DNA of 64,000 nucleotides from Candidatus Daviesbacteria bacterium (GTDB lineage: Bacteria; Patescibacteriota; Microgenomatia; Daviesbacterales; UBA10151), in contig JACPKP010000009.1 in the NCBI GenBank assembly GCA_016186955.1, positions 225,595 through 289,594 on the forward strand. The letters run 5' to 3'. Shown in pieces: positions 20,390 to 29,873 of the stretch (the stretch's first letter is position 1; each line of letters begins with the position of its first letter). The notes below the pieces were generated by a model. It made no database searches, was not told the DNA's origin, and saw nothing but the letters and a program-made list of their open reading frames with translations. The position numbers and the translations under genes are program-made.

Positions 20390-21354
20390 AAAAATTTACC
20401 TTACCCAAAAAGCCATTGCTATCAATAGTAACTCCTTCATTTAACAGCGGTAAGTATCTTGAAGAGTGCATTAAAAGTATTCTGTCACAAGATTATCCTA
20501 GGGTGGAGCACATTATCCAGGATGGTGCTTCAACAGATGGTATCACAAAAAAAGTACTTAGAAAGTTTAAAACTTCTAAATACAAACATAGGATTCATAT
20601 ATTTTCTGAATCAGATAATGGACAGTCTGATGGATTAAACAAAGCGATCCAAAAAGCTAAAGGGGATATTCTTTTAGTTCTGAATGCTGATGATTGTTTG
20701 CTTCCACATGCTGCTTCCTGGGCAATAGAAAACTTTAGGAAATATCCAAATATAGCTGTGGTCTATGGAGATGTTTACACGATTGACGAGAGAAGTGCAA
20801 TAATAGACATTTTCAAAGCCCATGAATTTTCTTTTGAAAAACTTTTGGCTGTTGAGCTAGTTCCACCGGCACAAGCAGCATTTATCAGACGACAAGCTTT
20901 AGAAAAAGTGGGTTTTAATGCAGATGTAACTTTAGACACTTGTCCTGATTTTGAAATGTGGGTCAGAATTGCTCAAAAATTTCCCATGAAACACGTTGTT
21001 GGAATTGTTACCAAGTATCGCCACCACGACAAACCGCAACATGATAGTGGACAGAGGAGGACTACACAGAGGTTTGTAAAAGCAAAAAGAGAAGTTATGG
21101 ATAGATTATTTAATGATCCCAAAACCCCACACTATATTAAGAGATTGCGACGCAGAGCCTATGCCAGTCTCTATTTATGGGCTTCGTATACAGCTTATGA
21201 CTTAGGCCAAACTAAACAAGCAGTTCTTTATTTAGTAAAAAGTTTTATACTAATGCCCACACTGCACAAACTTTGGAAAATATTTAAAGAGTTAAGAGGG
21301 TTTTTAAGATATAGGTTAACCCTTTTAATAAAGTCAATTAAACATGCGCTTTAA
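20386..21354 (+). CDS. GT2 family glycosyltransferase
   Basis: LSIVTPSFNSGKYLEECIKSILSQDYPRVEHIIQDGASTDGI...LNADD. Confidence 0.7.
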   Translation: MKKFTLPKKPLLSIVTPSFNSGKYLEECIKSILSQDYPRVEHIIQDGASTDGITKKVLRKFKTSKYKHRIHIFSESDNGQSDGLNKAIQKAKGDILLVLNADDCLLPHAASWAIENFRKYPNIAVVYGDVYTIDERSAIIDIFKAHEFSFEKLLAVELVPPAQAAFIRRQALEKVGFNADVTLDTCPDFEMWVRIAQKFPMKHVVGIVTKYRHHDKPQHDSGQRRTTQRFVKAKREVMDRLFNDPKTPHYIKRLRRRAYASLYLWASYTAYDLGQTKQAVLYLVKSFILMPTLHKLWKIFKELRGFLRYRLTLLIKSIKHAL

Positions 21355-22177
21355 TCAAGTTTCGATTCAAAAAGTACAACAATTTTGGGACAAAAGGCCT
21401 TGTAATATTAGGCATTCTACTGCCCCTATCGGGACCAGGAAATATTTTAATGAAGTAGAGGAGCGTAAATATTTTGTGGAACCGCATATCCCCTCTTTTG
21501 CAGAATTTAAAAGATGGAAGGACAAAAAAGTCTTAGAAATAGGTTGTGGTATTGGTACAGACACTATAAATTTTGCCAGAGCTGGGGTAAAAGTAACTGC
21601 TGTAGAAATTTCCAGAAAATCATTAATTATTGCTAAAAAGCGTGCTCAAGTTTTTAAGCTAGGAAAAAAGATCAAATTTTACCTAGCTAATGCTGAGGAG
21701 TTATCAAAGACAGTGCCCACTCAATCATATGATTTAATTTATTCTTTTGGTACGATTCACCATACCCCAAATCCGACTAAAGCGATCAGTGAGATTAAAA
21801 AATATATGAACAAAAACTCTATATTAAAGTTGATGGTCTACCATCGTTATTCATGGAAAGTATTGTGGATACTTTTAAAATATGGACGAGGGAAGTTTTG
21901 GCAACTTGATCAGTTGGTTGCTGATAACTCTGAAGCGGCTACAGGCTCCCCAGTTTCCTATATCTATTCAAAATATCAGGCAAGGAAGCTATTGAGCGGG
22001 TTTAAAATTTTAGAGACAAAAGTTGACCATATTTTTCCATACAGAGTTCCAGAATATATTAAATATGAATATAAAAAGGTATGGTACTTTAGATGCTTGC
22101 CCAAATCTTTGTTTAGATGGTTAGAAGCTCATTTTGGCTGGCATTTATTAATTACAGCCAAACTATCAAAAATCTAA
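21344..22177 (+). CDS. Class I SAM-dependent methyltransferase
   Basis: VLEIGCGIGTDTINFARAGVKVTAVEIS (motif I, then an acidic residue at the end of beta-2). Confidence 0.7.
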   Translation: MRFNQVSIQKVQQFWDKRPCNIRHSTAPIGTRKYFNEVEERKYFVEPHIPSFAEFKRWKDKKVLEIGCGIGTDTINFARAGVKVTAVEISRKSLIIAKKRAQVFKLGKKIKFYLANAEELSKTVPTQSYDLIYSFGTIHHTPNPTKAISEIKKYMNKNSILKLMVYHRYSWKVLWILLKYGRGKFWQLDQLVADNSEAATGSPVSYIYSKYQARKLLSGFKILETKVDHIFPYRVPEYIKYEYKKVWYFRCLPKSLFRWLEAHFGWHLLITAKLSKI

Positions 22178-22190
22178 TACGAGAAAATCT

Positions 22191-23015
22191 TTGGTTTCAA
22201 TATTGACGATTGTAAAAAACGGTAGAATCTATATAAGGCCCTACCTGAGAGCCCTGCAAAACCAAACTTATAAAAAAATTGAGGTTGTTATCCAAGATGG
22301 TCAATCAAATGATGGGACTCAAGAATTTATACAAAAATTTAAAAAATCAACTAAAGTAAAAATCCTTCTAGAGTCTAGCCAAGATAAAAATGGAGCAGAG
22401 GCTATTTCTAAAGCTATAAAAAGATGCTCAGGGCAAATTGTATGTATGATTAATGCTGATGATATTTTAAATCAACATGCTTGCCAAATAGCTATTGATT
22501 ATTTTACGAAACAACCAAAAGCTGGCGCACTATATGGAGCCAACAAACTCATTACAAAAGAAGGCAAGTATATCAATACCTTTCGACCCATGCCTTTTGA
22601 TCTCATAAAACTATTAAGATGCGAACTGGTGCCTACTGCCAACGGATCTTTTTATAACTTAAAGGTCTGTAAAAATGATTTTAAATTCACTAGTCAGTTT
22701 AAAACTTGTGGCGATTTAGATTTATGGTTAAAGCTGAGCAAATTTCCAATCCTTTGTACCCAAAAAGTTTTAGCCTCCACTAGGGTTGACAAACAAAGCT
22801 CTACACGACAAGCAGCAAACTATGAACAATTTTGTACAGATAAAATCGGCATTTTAACTAAATTTATAAATAAATATGAAAAGAATATTATTACCGAACA
22901 GCTGCTAAAAACGTCTATTGCTGGTGTTTATGCTTGGGCAGCAGAATCGATACTGAACATAGAAGGGAAGACAAAAAGATTCCGTTATTATATAAATTTA
23001 GCTCAAAAATTATAA
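22191..23015 (+). CDS. GT2-like glycosyltransferase (TTG start, and the N-terminus may be mis-called)
   Basis: VSILTIVKNGRIY...ALQNQTYKKIEVVIQDGQSNDGT...INADD is paralogous to the GT2s at 20386 and 28297. Confidence 0.5.
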   Translation: MVSILTIVKNGRIYIRPYLRALQNQTYKKIEVVIQDGQSNDGTQEFIQKFKKSTKVKILLESSQDKNGAEAISKAIKRCSGQIVCMINADDILNQHACQIAIDYFTKQPKAGALYGANKLITKEGKYINTFRPMPFDLIKLLRCELVPTANGSFYNLKVCKNDFKFTSQFKTCGDLDLWLKLSKFPILCTQKVLASTRVDKQSSTRQAANYEQFCTDKIGILTKFINKYEKNIITEQLLKTSIAGVYAWAAESILNIEGKTKRFRYYINLAQKL

Positions 23016-23081
23016 TTCTATATACTTTGATATACTTGCAATAGGTTGATAAAAATAATTCATCTGATATATTGACACAAA

Positions 23082-25337
23082 GTGACAATTTCTGTTGTTG
23101 GTCTTGGTAAAGTTGGATCTTCAATGCTGGCTGCTTTTGCATCAAGGGGTTTTAAAGGAGTAGGATTGGATGTTAATAATGATTTAGTAAGGAAAATAAA
23201 TGATAAAGAAGCGCCTTTTAATGAACCCAATCTTGCTGAATTTTTAAAAAAGCACAAAAAAGATATTTCTGCAACCTCAAGCTACCAACAAGCCATACAG
23301 CAATCAGAAATTTCTTTTGTAATAGTGCCTACTCCAAGCGATAAAAACGGAGGTTTTTCTTCTCAATTTGTTGAACAAGCTGCACAAGAAATTGGCAAGG
23401 TATTCAATAACAAGTTTAATTACCACCTAGTTGTTATAGTTTCAACACTTTTACCAAAAATAGTTGAGACAAAAATCTTGCCTATTCTTGAAAAAGAATC
23501 AGGTAAAAAATGTGGCCAGGATTTTGGGCTGTGCTATAGCCCCCTCTTTATAGCCTTAGGTAATGTAATTGATAATATTTTAAACCCTGATTTTGTACTG
23601 GTTGGCGAATATGACAAAAAATCCGGTAATTTACTAGAAGATTTTTATAAAAAAGTTGTCGTTAATAAAGCACCAATAGTTAGAATGAATATTATTAACG
23701 CAGAACTGACTAAAATTGCTGTTAACTCCTATATCACAATGAAAATTACTTTTGCTAATATGTTAGGAGAAATTTGCGAAAATCTGCCTGGAGCAGATAT
23801 AGATAATATCACAGAAGCAATAGGGCAAGACTTAAGAATAGGCAAAAAATACCTTAAGGCTGGGTTAGGATTTGGCGGTCCTTGCTTTCCAAGAGATAAC
23901 ATAGCGCTATCATCTTTTTCAAAAACCATTCAAGTAGCACCCATCTTATTTAGTGCAACTGATTCTGTAAATAGAACTCAAACAAACCGTATTGTTAAAA
24001 GAATACTTTCCTCAGGAAATATTGCAAAAGTTGCATTACTTGGACTGGCTTATAAAACCGGTACTTCAGTCACAGAGCAGTCACAGGGTATGGAAATTGC
24101 CCAGAAGTTTTTAAAACTGAACAAAGAAGTTAAGGTTTACGATCCCTTCATTCACGATGCTGATTATTTGAAGGGACTAGTTGTTACAAAATCAGTTGAT
24201 GAATGTATCAAAGGGGTTGATTGTATTATTGTAGCCTTACCTTATCCAGAGTTTAATAAAATTTCTGAAAAATTAGGCAATAATAATCCGATAATTTATG
24301 ATTGCTGGAGGATATTAGACCAGAAACTTTTCAGAGGAGAAGCTACTTATTTCGCCACAGGTCTAGCAGATAGTATTTTACTAAACTTAAATACGCTAAA
24401 AAAACAAAAAATTGTTGTCTGCGGTGCAGGAGGATTTATTGGAGGCCATATGGTGGCTGATTTAGTGAATAAAGGTTATCAAAATATTACTGCTGTTGAT
24501 ATAAAACCCATTGATTGCTGGAATCAGTATTTTGCTAATATTGAAAACCTACAGCTAGATTTAAGAGACAAACGGGCATGCGAGGCTGCATTAAAAAAGG
24601 CTTTTATGATCTATAATTTTGCAGCTGATATGGGAGGCATGGCTTTTATAGAATCAAACAAGGCAAGATGTATGATAAATGTGTTGATAAACACACATCT
24701 TTTGCAAGCAGCAGTAAAAAATAAAGTAAAATATAACACTCAAAAACAACACCTGCCTAACCTTCCTCCGCTAAAGGAAACCGATGCATATCCTGCCTTT
24801 CCAGAGGATGGTTATGGATGGGAAAAATTATTTTCAGAAAGATTATGTAAAAATTTTTTTGATGATTTTGGCTTGGAAACAAGAGTTGCAAGATATCATA
24901 ATATTTATGGTCCTTTTGGGACGCATGATGGCCGTCGAGCTAAAGCACCGGCAGCAATTTGCCGTAAAGTTGCAGAGGCTAAAATAACAGGAAACCATAA
25001 AGTTGAAATTTGGGGAGACGGCAAGCAAACCAGAAGTTTTACATTTATTGATGATTGTATAAAAGGCACCAATAAAATAATGTTTAGTGATATTCAAGAA
25101 CCCGTAAATTTGGGTAGTAGTGAAAAAGTTACAATTAATCAACTAGTTGATATTACAGAAAAAATTGCCGGAATTAAATTAAAAAGAAATTATAATTTAG
25201 GTGCTCCAAAGGGAGTCTATGGGAGAAACAGTGATAATACCTTGATTAAAAAACATTTAGGGTGGGAACCATCTACAAAGCTTGTAGAAGGGATTGAAAA
25301 AACATATAAATGGATTTATGAGCAAATACGCACTTGA
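23082..25337 (+). CDS. Bifunctional fusion of a nucleotide-sugar 6-dehydrogenase (UDP-glucose/GDP-mannose dehydrogenase family) to a GDP-mannose 3,5-epimerase (GME)-like SDR domain
   Basis: N-terminal 430 aa: MTISVVGLGKVGSSMLAAFA (NAD Rossmann), the GFGGPCFPRD catalytic-Cys block, and a C-terminal UDP/GDP-binding domain (GLAYKTGTSV...VKVYDPF). C-terminal 320 aa: VVCGAGGFIGGHMV, then FAADMGGMAFIESNKARCMINVLINTHLLQAA, ARYHNIYGPFGTHDGRRAKAPAAICRK, WGDGKQTRSFTFIDDCIKG and GRNSDNTLIKKHLGWEP. These are near block-for-block matches to plant/bacterial GME motifs. It has a GTG start. Confidence 0.7.
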   Translation: MTISVVGLGKVGSSMLAAFASRGFKGVGLDVNNDLVRKINDKEAPFNEPNLAEFLKKHKKDISATSSYQQAIQQSEISFVIVPTPSDKNGGFSSQFVEQAAQEIGKVFNNKFNYHLVVIVSTLLPKIVETKILPILEKESGKKCGQDFGLCYSPLFIALGNVIDNILNPDFVLVGEYDKKSGNLLEDFYKKVVVNKAPIVRMNIINAELTKIAVNSYITMKITFANMLGEICENLPGADIDNITEAIGQDLRIGKKYLKAGLGFGGPCFPRDNIALSSFSKTIQVAPILFSATDSVNRTQTNRIVKRILSSGNIAKVALLGLAYKTGTSVTEQSQGMEIAQKFLKLNKEVKVYDPFIHDADYLKGLVVTKSVDECIKGVDCIIVALPYPEFNKISEKLGNNNPIIYDCWRILDQKLFRGEATYFATGLADSILLNLNTLKKQKIVVCGAGGFIGGHMVADLVNKGYQNITAVDIKPIDCWNQYFANIENLQLDLRDKRACEAALKKAFMIYNFAADMGGMAFIESNKARCMINVLINTHLLQAAVKNKVKYNTQKQHLPNLPPLKETDAYPAFPEDGYGWEKLFSERLCKNFFDDFGLETRVARYHNIYGPFGTHDGRRAKAPAAICRKVAEAKITGNHKVEIWGDGKQTRSFTFIDDCIKGTNKIMFSDIQEPVNLGSSEKVTINQLVDITEKIAGIKLKRNYNLGAPKGVYGRNSDNTLIKKHLGWEPSTKLVEGIEKTYKWIYEQIRT

Positions 25338-26278
25338 TTTTACCCTCTAGGCTTTTATATACTTTGCTACATAATATGCTTACTATATTTGCTACTCCAA
25401 AAGCTTTTCAGGGTCAGTTTTCTGTTATTCAGGAGAATGCCGTAGCAAGCTGGACTAAACTTAAACCCGGATGCCAGATTATTTTATTAGGCAATGATTA
25501 TGGAACAAAAAAAATTGCCAAAAAATATGGAATTTTACATATACCAAATATTGCCGTAAATAAGTATGGAACACCTCTCCTACCAGATCTTTTTAAAAAA
25601 GCCTACAAAAGATCTAAATTCCCAATTCTTGCCTATGTTAATTGTGACATTATCTTAACAAAAGATTTTATAGAAGGTATTAAAAAAATTAATCTGCCTA
25701 AGTTTTTTTTAACAGGAGCTCGTAAAGAGTTAAAAATTACACATAGTTTAGATTTCGAAAATAATTGGCAAAATAATCTTAAAGCTAAAGTGCTAAAAGA
25801 GGGAGAACTTGTTTTAAAAGATGGTGCTACTGATTATTTTGTGTTCAGGCCAAAAATTGATTTTAAAATGCCAAACCTAATTTTAGGCAGAACATTTTGG
25901 GATGCTTGGTTAATTTTTCAAGCAAAGTATTTAAAAATTCCAATTATTGATGCAACTAATGTTATTTGGGCAATTCATCAAACTCATAATTATTCCCATG
26001 CAGGTGGGTGGAATAATGTTTGGCTTGGGCCAGAAAGTAAAATAAACCTGAAATTAATTGGCGATAGACGAAAAATTTTTAATACTAAAGATGCTGACTT
26101 TGTCCTTACTCAAGATGGTCTTAAAAAACCCAACCTTACAATTTCCAGAATAGTTAGAAAAATAGAAACAGCCCCAATCTTCACACCAGAGATAAGCCTG
26201 TTTTTATACCCGTTTAATTTTTTTATAAAGGTTTGCAAATTTACCAAAGACCAAGCAAGAATGAGATTTAAAAGATGA
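25334..26278 (+). CDS. Hypothetical protein (possible nucleotide-diphospho-sugar transferase fold)
   Basis: A 314-aa ORF translationally coupled on both sides within the glycan operon. I recognise no confident motif. Confidence 0.3.
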   Translation: MILPSRLLYTLLHNMLTIFATPKAFQGQFSVIQENAVASWTKLKPGCQIILLGNDYGTKKIAKKYGILHIPNIAVNKYGTPLLPDLFKKAYKRSKFPILAYVNCDIILTKDFIEGIKKINLPKFFLTGARKELKITHSLDFENNWQNNLKAKVLKEGELVLKDGATDYFVFRPKIDFKMPNLILGRTFWDAWLIFQAKYLKIPIIDATNVIWAIHQTHNYSHAGGWNNVWLGPESKINLKLIGDRRKIFNTKDADFVLTQDGLKKPNLTISRIVRKIETAPIFTPEISLFLYPFNFFIKVCKFTKDQARMRFKR

Positions 26279-27297
26279 AAATCTTGGTTACAGGGTCAGC
26301 AGGGTTTATAGGCAGTTTTGTGGCAGACTATCTTTTAGATATAGGCTACCACAAGGTTTATTGTATAGACGATTTATCAGGTGGCTTTTTAAGAAATATC
26401 AATAAAAAGAGTGTCTTCACTAAACTTGATTTGCGAGATAGGAAAAAAGTTGAAAGATATGTATCTAGAGTTAAACCAGAACTAATCTATCATTTAGCTG
26501 CTGATGCTGCAGAAGGCAGAAGCCAGTTTGTGCCTCAAAGCTGTACAGATAGAAACTATGTAGCTTACTTAAATTTACTTGTTCCTGCAATAAAAAATGG
26601 CCTTAAAAAAATAGTGGTAGTTTCTTCAATGAGTGTTTATGGTGCACAGCAAACTCCTTTTTCAGAAAGCTTATACCCTAAACCTGAAGATATATACGGC
26701 ATTAATAAATTTTCAATGGAAAAATCAACAGAAATTCTAGCTAAAGTATTTGGGTTTAAATTTACTATTATAAGACCGCATAATGTTTATGGGCCTAGGC
26801 AAAACCTTTCTGACCCCTATAGAAATGTAATAGCTATTTTTATAAACTCACTTTTGGGCAAAAAAATTTTTTATATTTATGGTAGTGGAAAACAAAAGAG
26901 GGCATTTACTTATATTGCTGATTGTGCACCCTATATTGCACAAGCAGGCTTAGTTGATAAAGCCAATGGTGAGGTGATAAACATTGGGCCTAAAGAGTAC
27001 CATACAATTAATGATATATCCAAGATTATCCTGAAGGAATTTTTTGGTGATTCTATACCTCAAAAATATCAACCGCAGTATTTACCATTTAGGCCCCAAG
27101 AAGTTATAGAAGCTTATTGCACCTGCCAAAAAGCAGAAAAGATTTTAGCGTATAAAACAAAAACAAACCTTAGAGAAGGCATCAGAAAAACTATAGAATG
27201 GGCTAGAAAAATAGGATACCAAAAACCTGTTTATTTAAAGGACTTTGAACTAGTGAATAGTACTACCCCCTTAACCTGGAGAAAAAAACTGATTTAG
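26275..27297 (+). CDS. NAD-dependent nucleotide-sugar epimerase/dehydratase (extended SDR)
   Basis: MKILVTGSAGFIGSFVADYLL (TGxxGxxG) and a YxxxK region (SMEKSTEIL...). Confidence 0.7.
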   Translation: MKILVTGSAGFIGSFVADYLLDIGYHKVYCIDDLSGGFLRNINKKSVFTKLDLRDRKKVERYVSRVKPELIYHLAADAAEGRSQFVPQSCTDRNYVAYLNLLVPAIKNGLKKIVVVSSMSVYGAQQTPFSESLYPKPEDIYGINKFSMEKSTEILAKVFGFKFTIIRPHNVYGPRQNLSDPYRNVIAIFINSLLGKKIFYIYGSGKQKRAFTYIADCAPYIAQAGLVDKANGEVINIGPKEYHTINDISKIILKEFFGDSIPQKYQPQYLPFRPQEVIEAYCTCQKAEKILAYKTKTNLREGIRKTIEWARKIGYQKPVYLKDFELVNSTTPLTWRKKLI

Positions 27298-27301
27298 GTT
27301 T

Positions 27302-28276
27302 ATGCTTAAAAAAATTTTGCTGGTAATGCCAAAATATGCATCATTTTATCCAATGATGACCCAAGCTCTAGACTCAATGGGTATTCAACACAGCTTATTT
27401 GATAATAGAAAAAGTAATTTAGCCGAAAAATTTATTTTTTTGCTCTCTAAAATATCCCCACAGCTTAAAATATTCAAATTAAATTTGATGAACTCAAGGC
27501 TTTTAAAAAAAGTTATTGAATACAAACCAAATTTAGTTTTAGTGATAAAAGGGGAAAATTTAACTACACCTACAATTAAAAAAGTTAAAAATGCCGTTCC
27601 AATAGTAAACTGGTTTCCCGATTTCTTACAAGATCACAAAAACGTAGAAAAACAAATTAAATTTTATTCATTTTTTTTACATGCGGATAGATATGAAGTA
27701 AAAAAATACAGAAAAATGGGTTATAAAAATTTTTATCTTCTTGCTTGGGCAGGGATGAAAATTAAATCAATCCCTAAAAAAAGGGACTATGATGTGGTGT
27801 TTGTAGGGACATATAATAAAAAACGTGAAGAAAAATTCGCCCCGCTTAAAAATTTAAATTTTAAAATATGGGGAGATGTGCGATGGAAAAAAAGCATATT
27901 GGCCAATAATTACATGGGTAAATGGGTTAGCTCAAATGAGGTAATAGAACTTTTAAAGAAATCTAAAATAGTTATTAATTTACATCAAAATAAGTCATAT
28001 TTAAATACGATGGCAAATTTAAGGGTTTATGAGGCAACTTCTTGTAAAGCCCTTTTAATAAGTGACTGGTGGGCAGATTTACCCAAATTTTACCGGATTG
28101 GAAAGGAAATAATAGTGTATAGAAGTAAAGATGATTTGGTACAAAAGGTAAGGTTTTATTTAAAAAATGAACTTTTAAGGGCAAAAATTGCGAATGCAGG
28201 TTATCTAAAAACCTTTAAGGAACATACCTATGGGAATAGATTTAGGGAATTGGAGCATATCCTCCACTCAAAATAG
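27302..28276 (+). CDS. CgeB-family glycosyltransferase-like protein (GT-B C-domain, DUF3880/Glyco_trans_1_2-like)
   Basis: The C-terminus LRVYEATSCKALLISDWWADLPKFYRIGKEIIVYRSKDDLVQKVRFYLKNELLRAKIANAGYLKTFKEHTYGNRFRELEHIL matches the conserved CgeB-type C-terminal block. Confidence 0.5.
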   Translation: MLKKILLVMPKYASFYPMMTQALDSMGIQHSLFDNRKSNLAEKFIFLLSKISPQLKIFKLNLMNSRLLKKVIEYKPNLVLVIKGENLTTPTIKKVKNAVPIVNWFPDFLQDHKNVEKQIKFYSFFLHADRYEVKKYRKMGYKNFYLLAWAGMKIKSIPKKRDYDVVFVGTYNKKREEKFAPLKNLNFKIWGDVRWKKSILANNYMGKWVSSNEVIELLKKSKIVINLHQNKSYLNTMANLRVYEATSCKALLISDWWADLPKFYRIGKEIIVYRSKDDLVQKVRFYLKNELLRAKIANAGYLKTFKEHTYGNRFRELEHILHSK

Positions 28277-28296
28277 AAATATTACCCCTTGCCAAA

Positions 28297-29166
28297 TCAA
28301 CTAAACCCTCCATCCCAGACATATTTTTTTCTTGTTTCAGTAATCCTTTTTAATATTTTTAAAAATGTTAAAGGAAAGATAAAAAAGAATTTATACTTAG
28401 GATGTTGCCAAAGATACCGGTTGATACGGTAGCGCCAAAAAAAACTTTTTGGGGCATAATTTTTGACTAGATTAAACTTATCTTGATCCCACCCCTTTGC
28501 TTCTCTTGTACCGGTACTGTGGGGATATGTCATAGCATGGAATAGATTAATTCTGCAAAATTTAACAGTTGCTTTTGCCTGGATGCAATTAATTAAAAAT
28601 GAAGCATCCGCTAACCAGTCAAAAGCCGGGAATAATCCAATCTTTGATAATGCGTCTCTTCTGATGATATAACCCATGCCGCAGGCCCCATAATCAAAAA
28701 TGTCATAAATATTATGACCGTAATTTGAACCTGGTGGAACATAGACAATTTTTTTACTTTTGGCGCCTGCTATGGATACGGTACCACCACAAACCAGTAA
28801 ATCTATTTCAGGATTTTTTTCCATTACCAAGATAGCTTTCTCTAAAGCTTGAGGTAAAACAATATCATCATCGGCGAGGTGCTTAATATATCTCCCTTTT
28901 GCAAGAAGCAAACCTTTGTTAAATGCATGGGCAGATGTTAAATCTGGTTCCGATAGAAATATATCTATAATATCAGCATATTTTTTAACCACTTCGGGGG
29001 TATTATCTTCAGATGCCCCATCGATTATAATCAGTTCGTCTTGATTTTTGATTAGTGTTCTACACATTTTTAAAGTCTGTTCTAAAAATTCTGCCCTATT
29101 TTTTGTATTAAGGATGTAAGAAACTCTTTGAGTGGAGGATTTATCAAAGCTGGAATATTTTTTCAT
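28297..29166 (-). CDS. GT2 family glycosyltransferase
   Basis: VSYILNTKNRAEFLEQTLKMC...ELIIIDGASEDNT...LADDD. It is the last gene of the long minus-strand operon. Confidence 0.7.
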   Translation of the reverse strand: MKKYSSFDKSSTQRVSYILNTKNRAEFLEQTLKMCRTLIKNQDELIIIDGASEDNTPEVVKKYADIIDIFLSEPDLTSAHAFNKGLLLAKGRYIKHLADDDIVLPQALEKAILVMEKNPEIDLLVCGGTVSIAGAKSKKIVYVPPGSNYGHNIYDIFDYGACGMGYIIRRDALSKIGLFPAFDWLADASFLINCIQAKATVKFCRINLFHAMTYPHSTGTREAKGWDQDKFNLVKNYAPKSFFWRYRINRYLWQHPKYKFFFIFPLTFLKILKRITETRKKYVWDGGFS

Positions 29167-29873
29167 AAAATTTTTACCGCCCTAGCATATCTTTTGGGTG
29201 TACCTATGTCAATTACCTTACTTTTGACTACAAATCCGTAACAGTTTTGTCTAATAATATTTGAAAAAAAATCTTTTTCAAGTGAAAAAACATTTTTTGA
29301 TGGCATTTTCAGAAAAATATCCCTGTTCATAAAATAAGCTCCTGCATTTATGAAACCCCCTGAATCAATATGAGGTTTTTCATTGAAACTTTTTATCCTT
29401 TTAGAACGGGAAATTATAACATGACCTCCTTCGCTAAGTTTTTCTGAATGCGATAATGCGATAGAAAGTAGCGCTCTGCGAGTTAAATGAAATTCCAAAA
29501 AATTGTTCAAATCAATCCGGCAAATTGAATCCCCATTGAGTACCAAAAAGTTTTGGCTTTTCAGTAGAAACTCCGCTTTTTTTAAAGCACCGCCTGTTCC
29601 CAAAGGATAATCTTCTTCGGAGAACTCTACAGTTACGTATTTTGGTAAATTAAACGGATATTTTTTGATTTGATCTTTTAAATATCCTACTGAAAGAATG
29701 ATCCTTTGCAAACCCGCTTTGGTTAAGCCATTAATAATTAAATCCAGCATTGTACGGTTGCCGATTTCAAGCAGAGCTTTTGGTTTGTTGCCTGCAACTG
29801 ATTTTATTCTTGTACCCAAACCACCACATAAAATTACGGCATCAATAAATTTAAGCTCATTTTTGGGGTACAT
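29163..29873 (-). CDS. hddC: Sugar-1-phosphate nucleotidyltransferase, HddC-like (D-glycero-alpha-D-manno-heptose 1-phosphate guanylyltransferase)
   Basis: AVILCGGLGTRIKSVAGNKPKALLEIGNRTMLD (GxGxR NTP-transferase motif), short at 236 aa, and translationally coupled to the HddA-like kinase. Confidence 0.6.
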   Translation of the reverse strand: MYPKNELKFIDAVILCGGLGTRIKSVAGNKPKALLEIGNRTMLDLIINGLTKAGLQRIILSVGYLKDQIKKYPFNLPKYVTVEFSEEDYPLGTGGALKKAEFLLKSQNFLVLNGDSICRIDLNNFLEFHLTRRALLSIALSHSEKLSEGGHVIISRSKRIKSFNEKPHIDSGGFINAGAYFMNRDIFLKMPSKNVFSLEKDFFSNIIRQNCYGFVVKSKVIDIGTPKRYARAVKIL

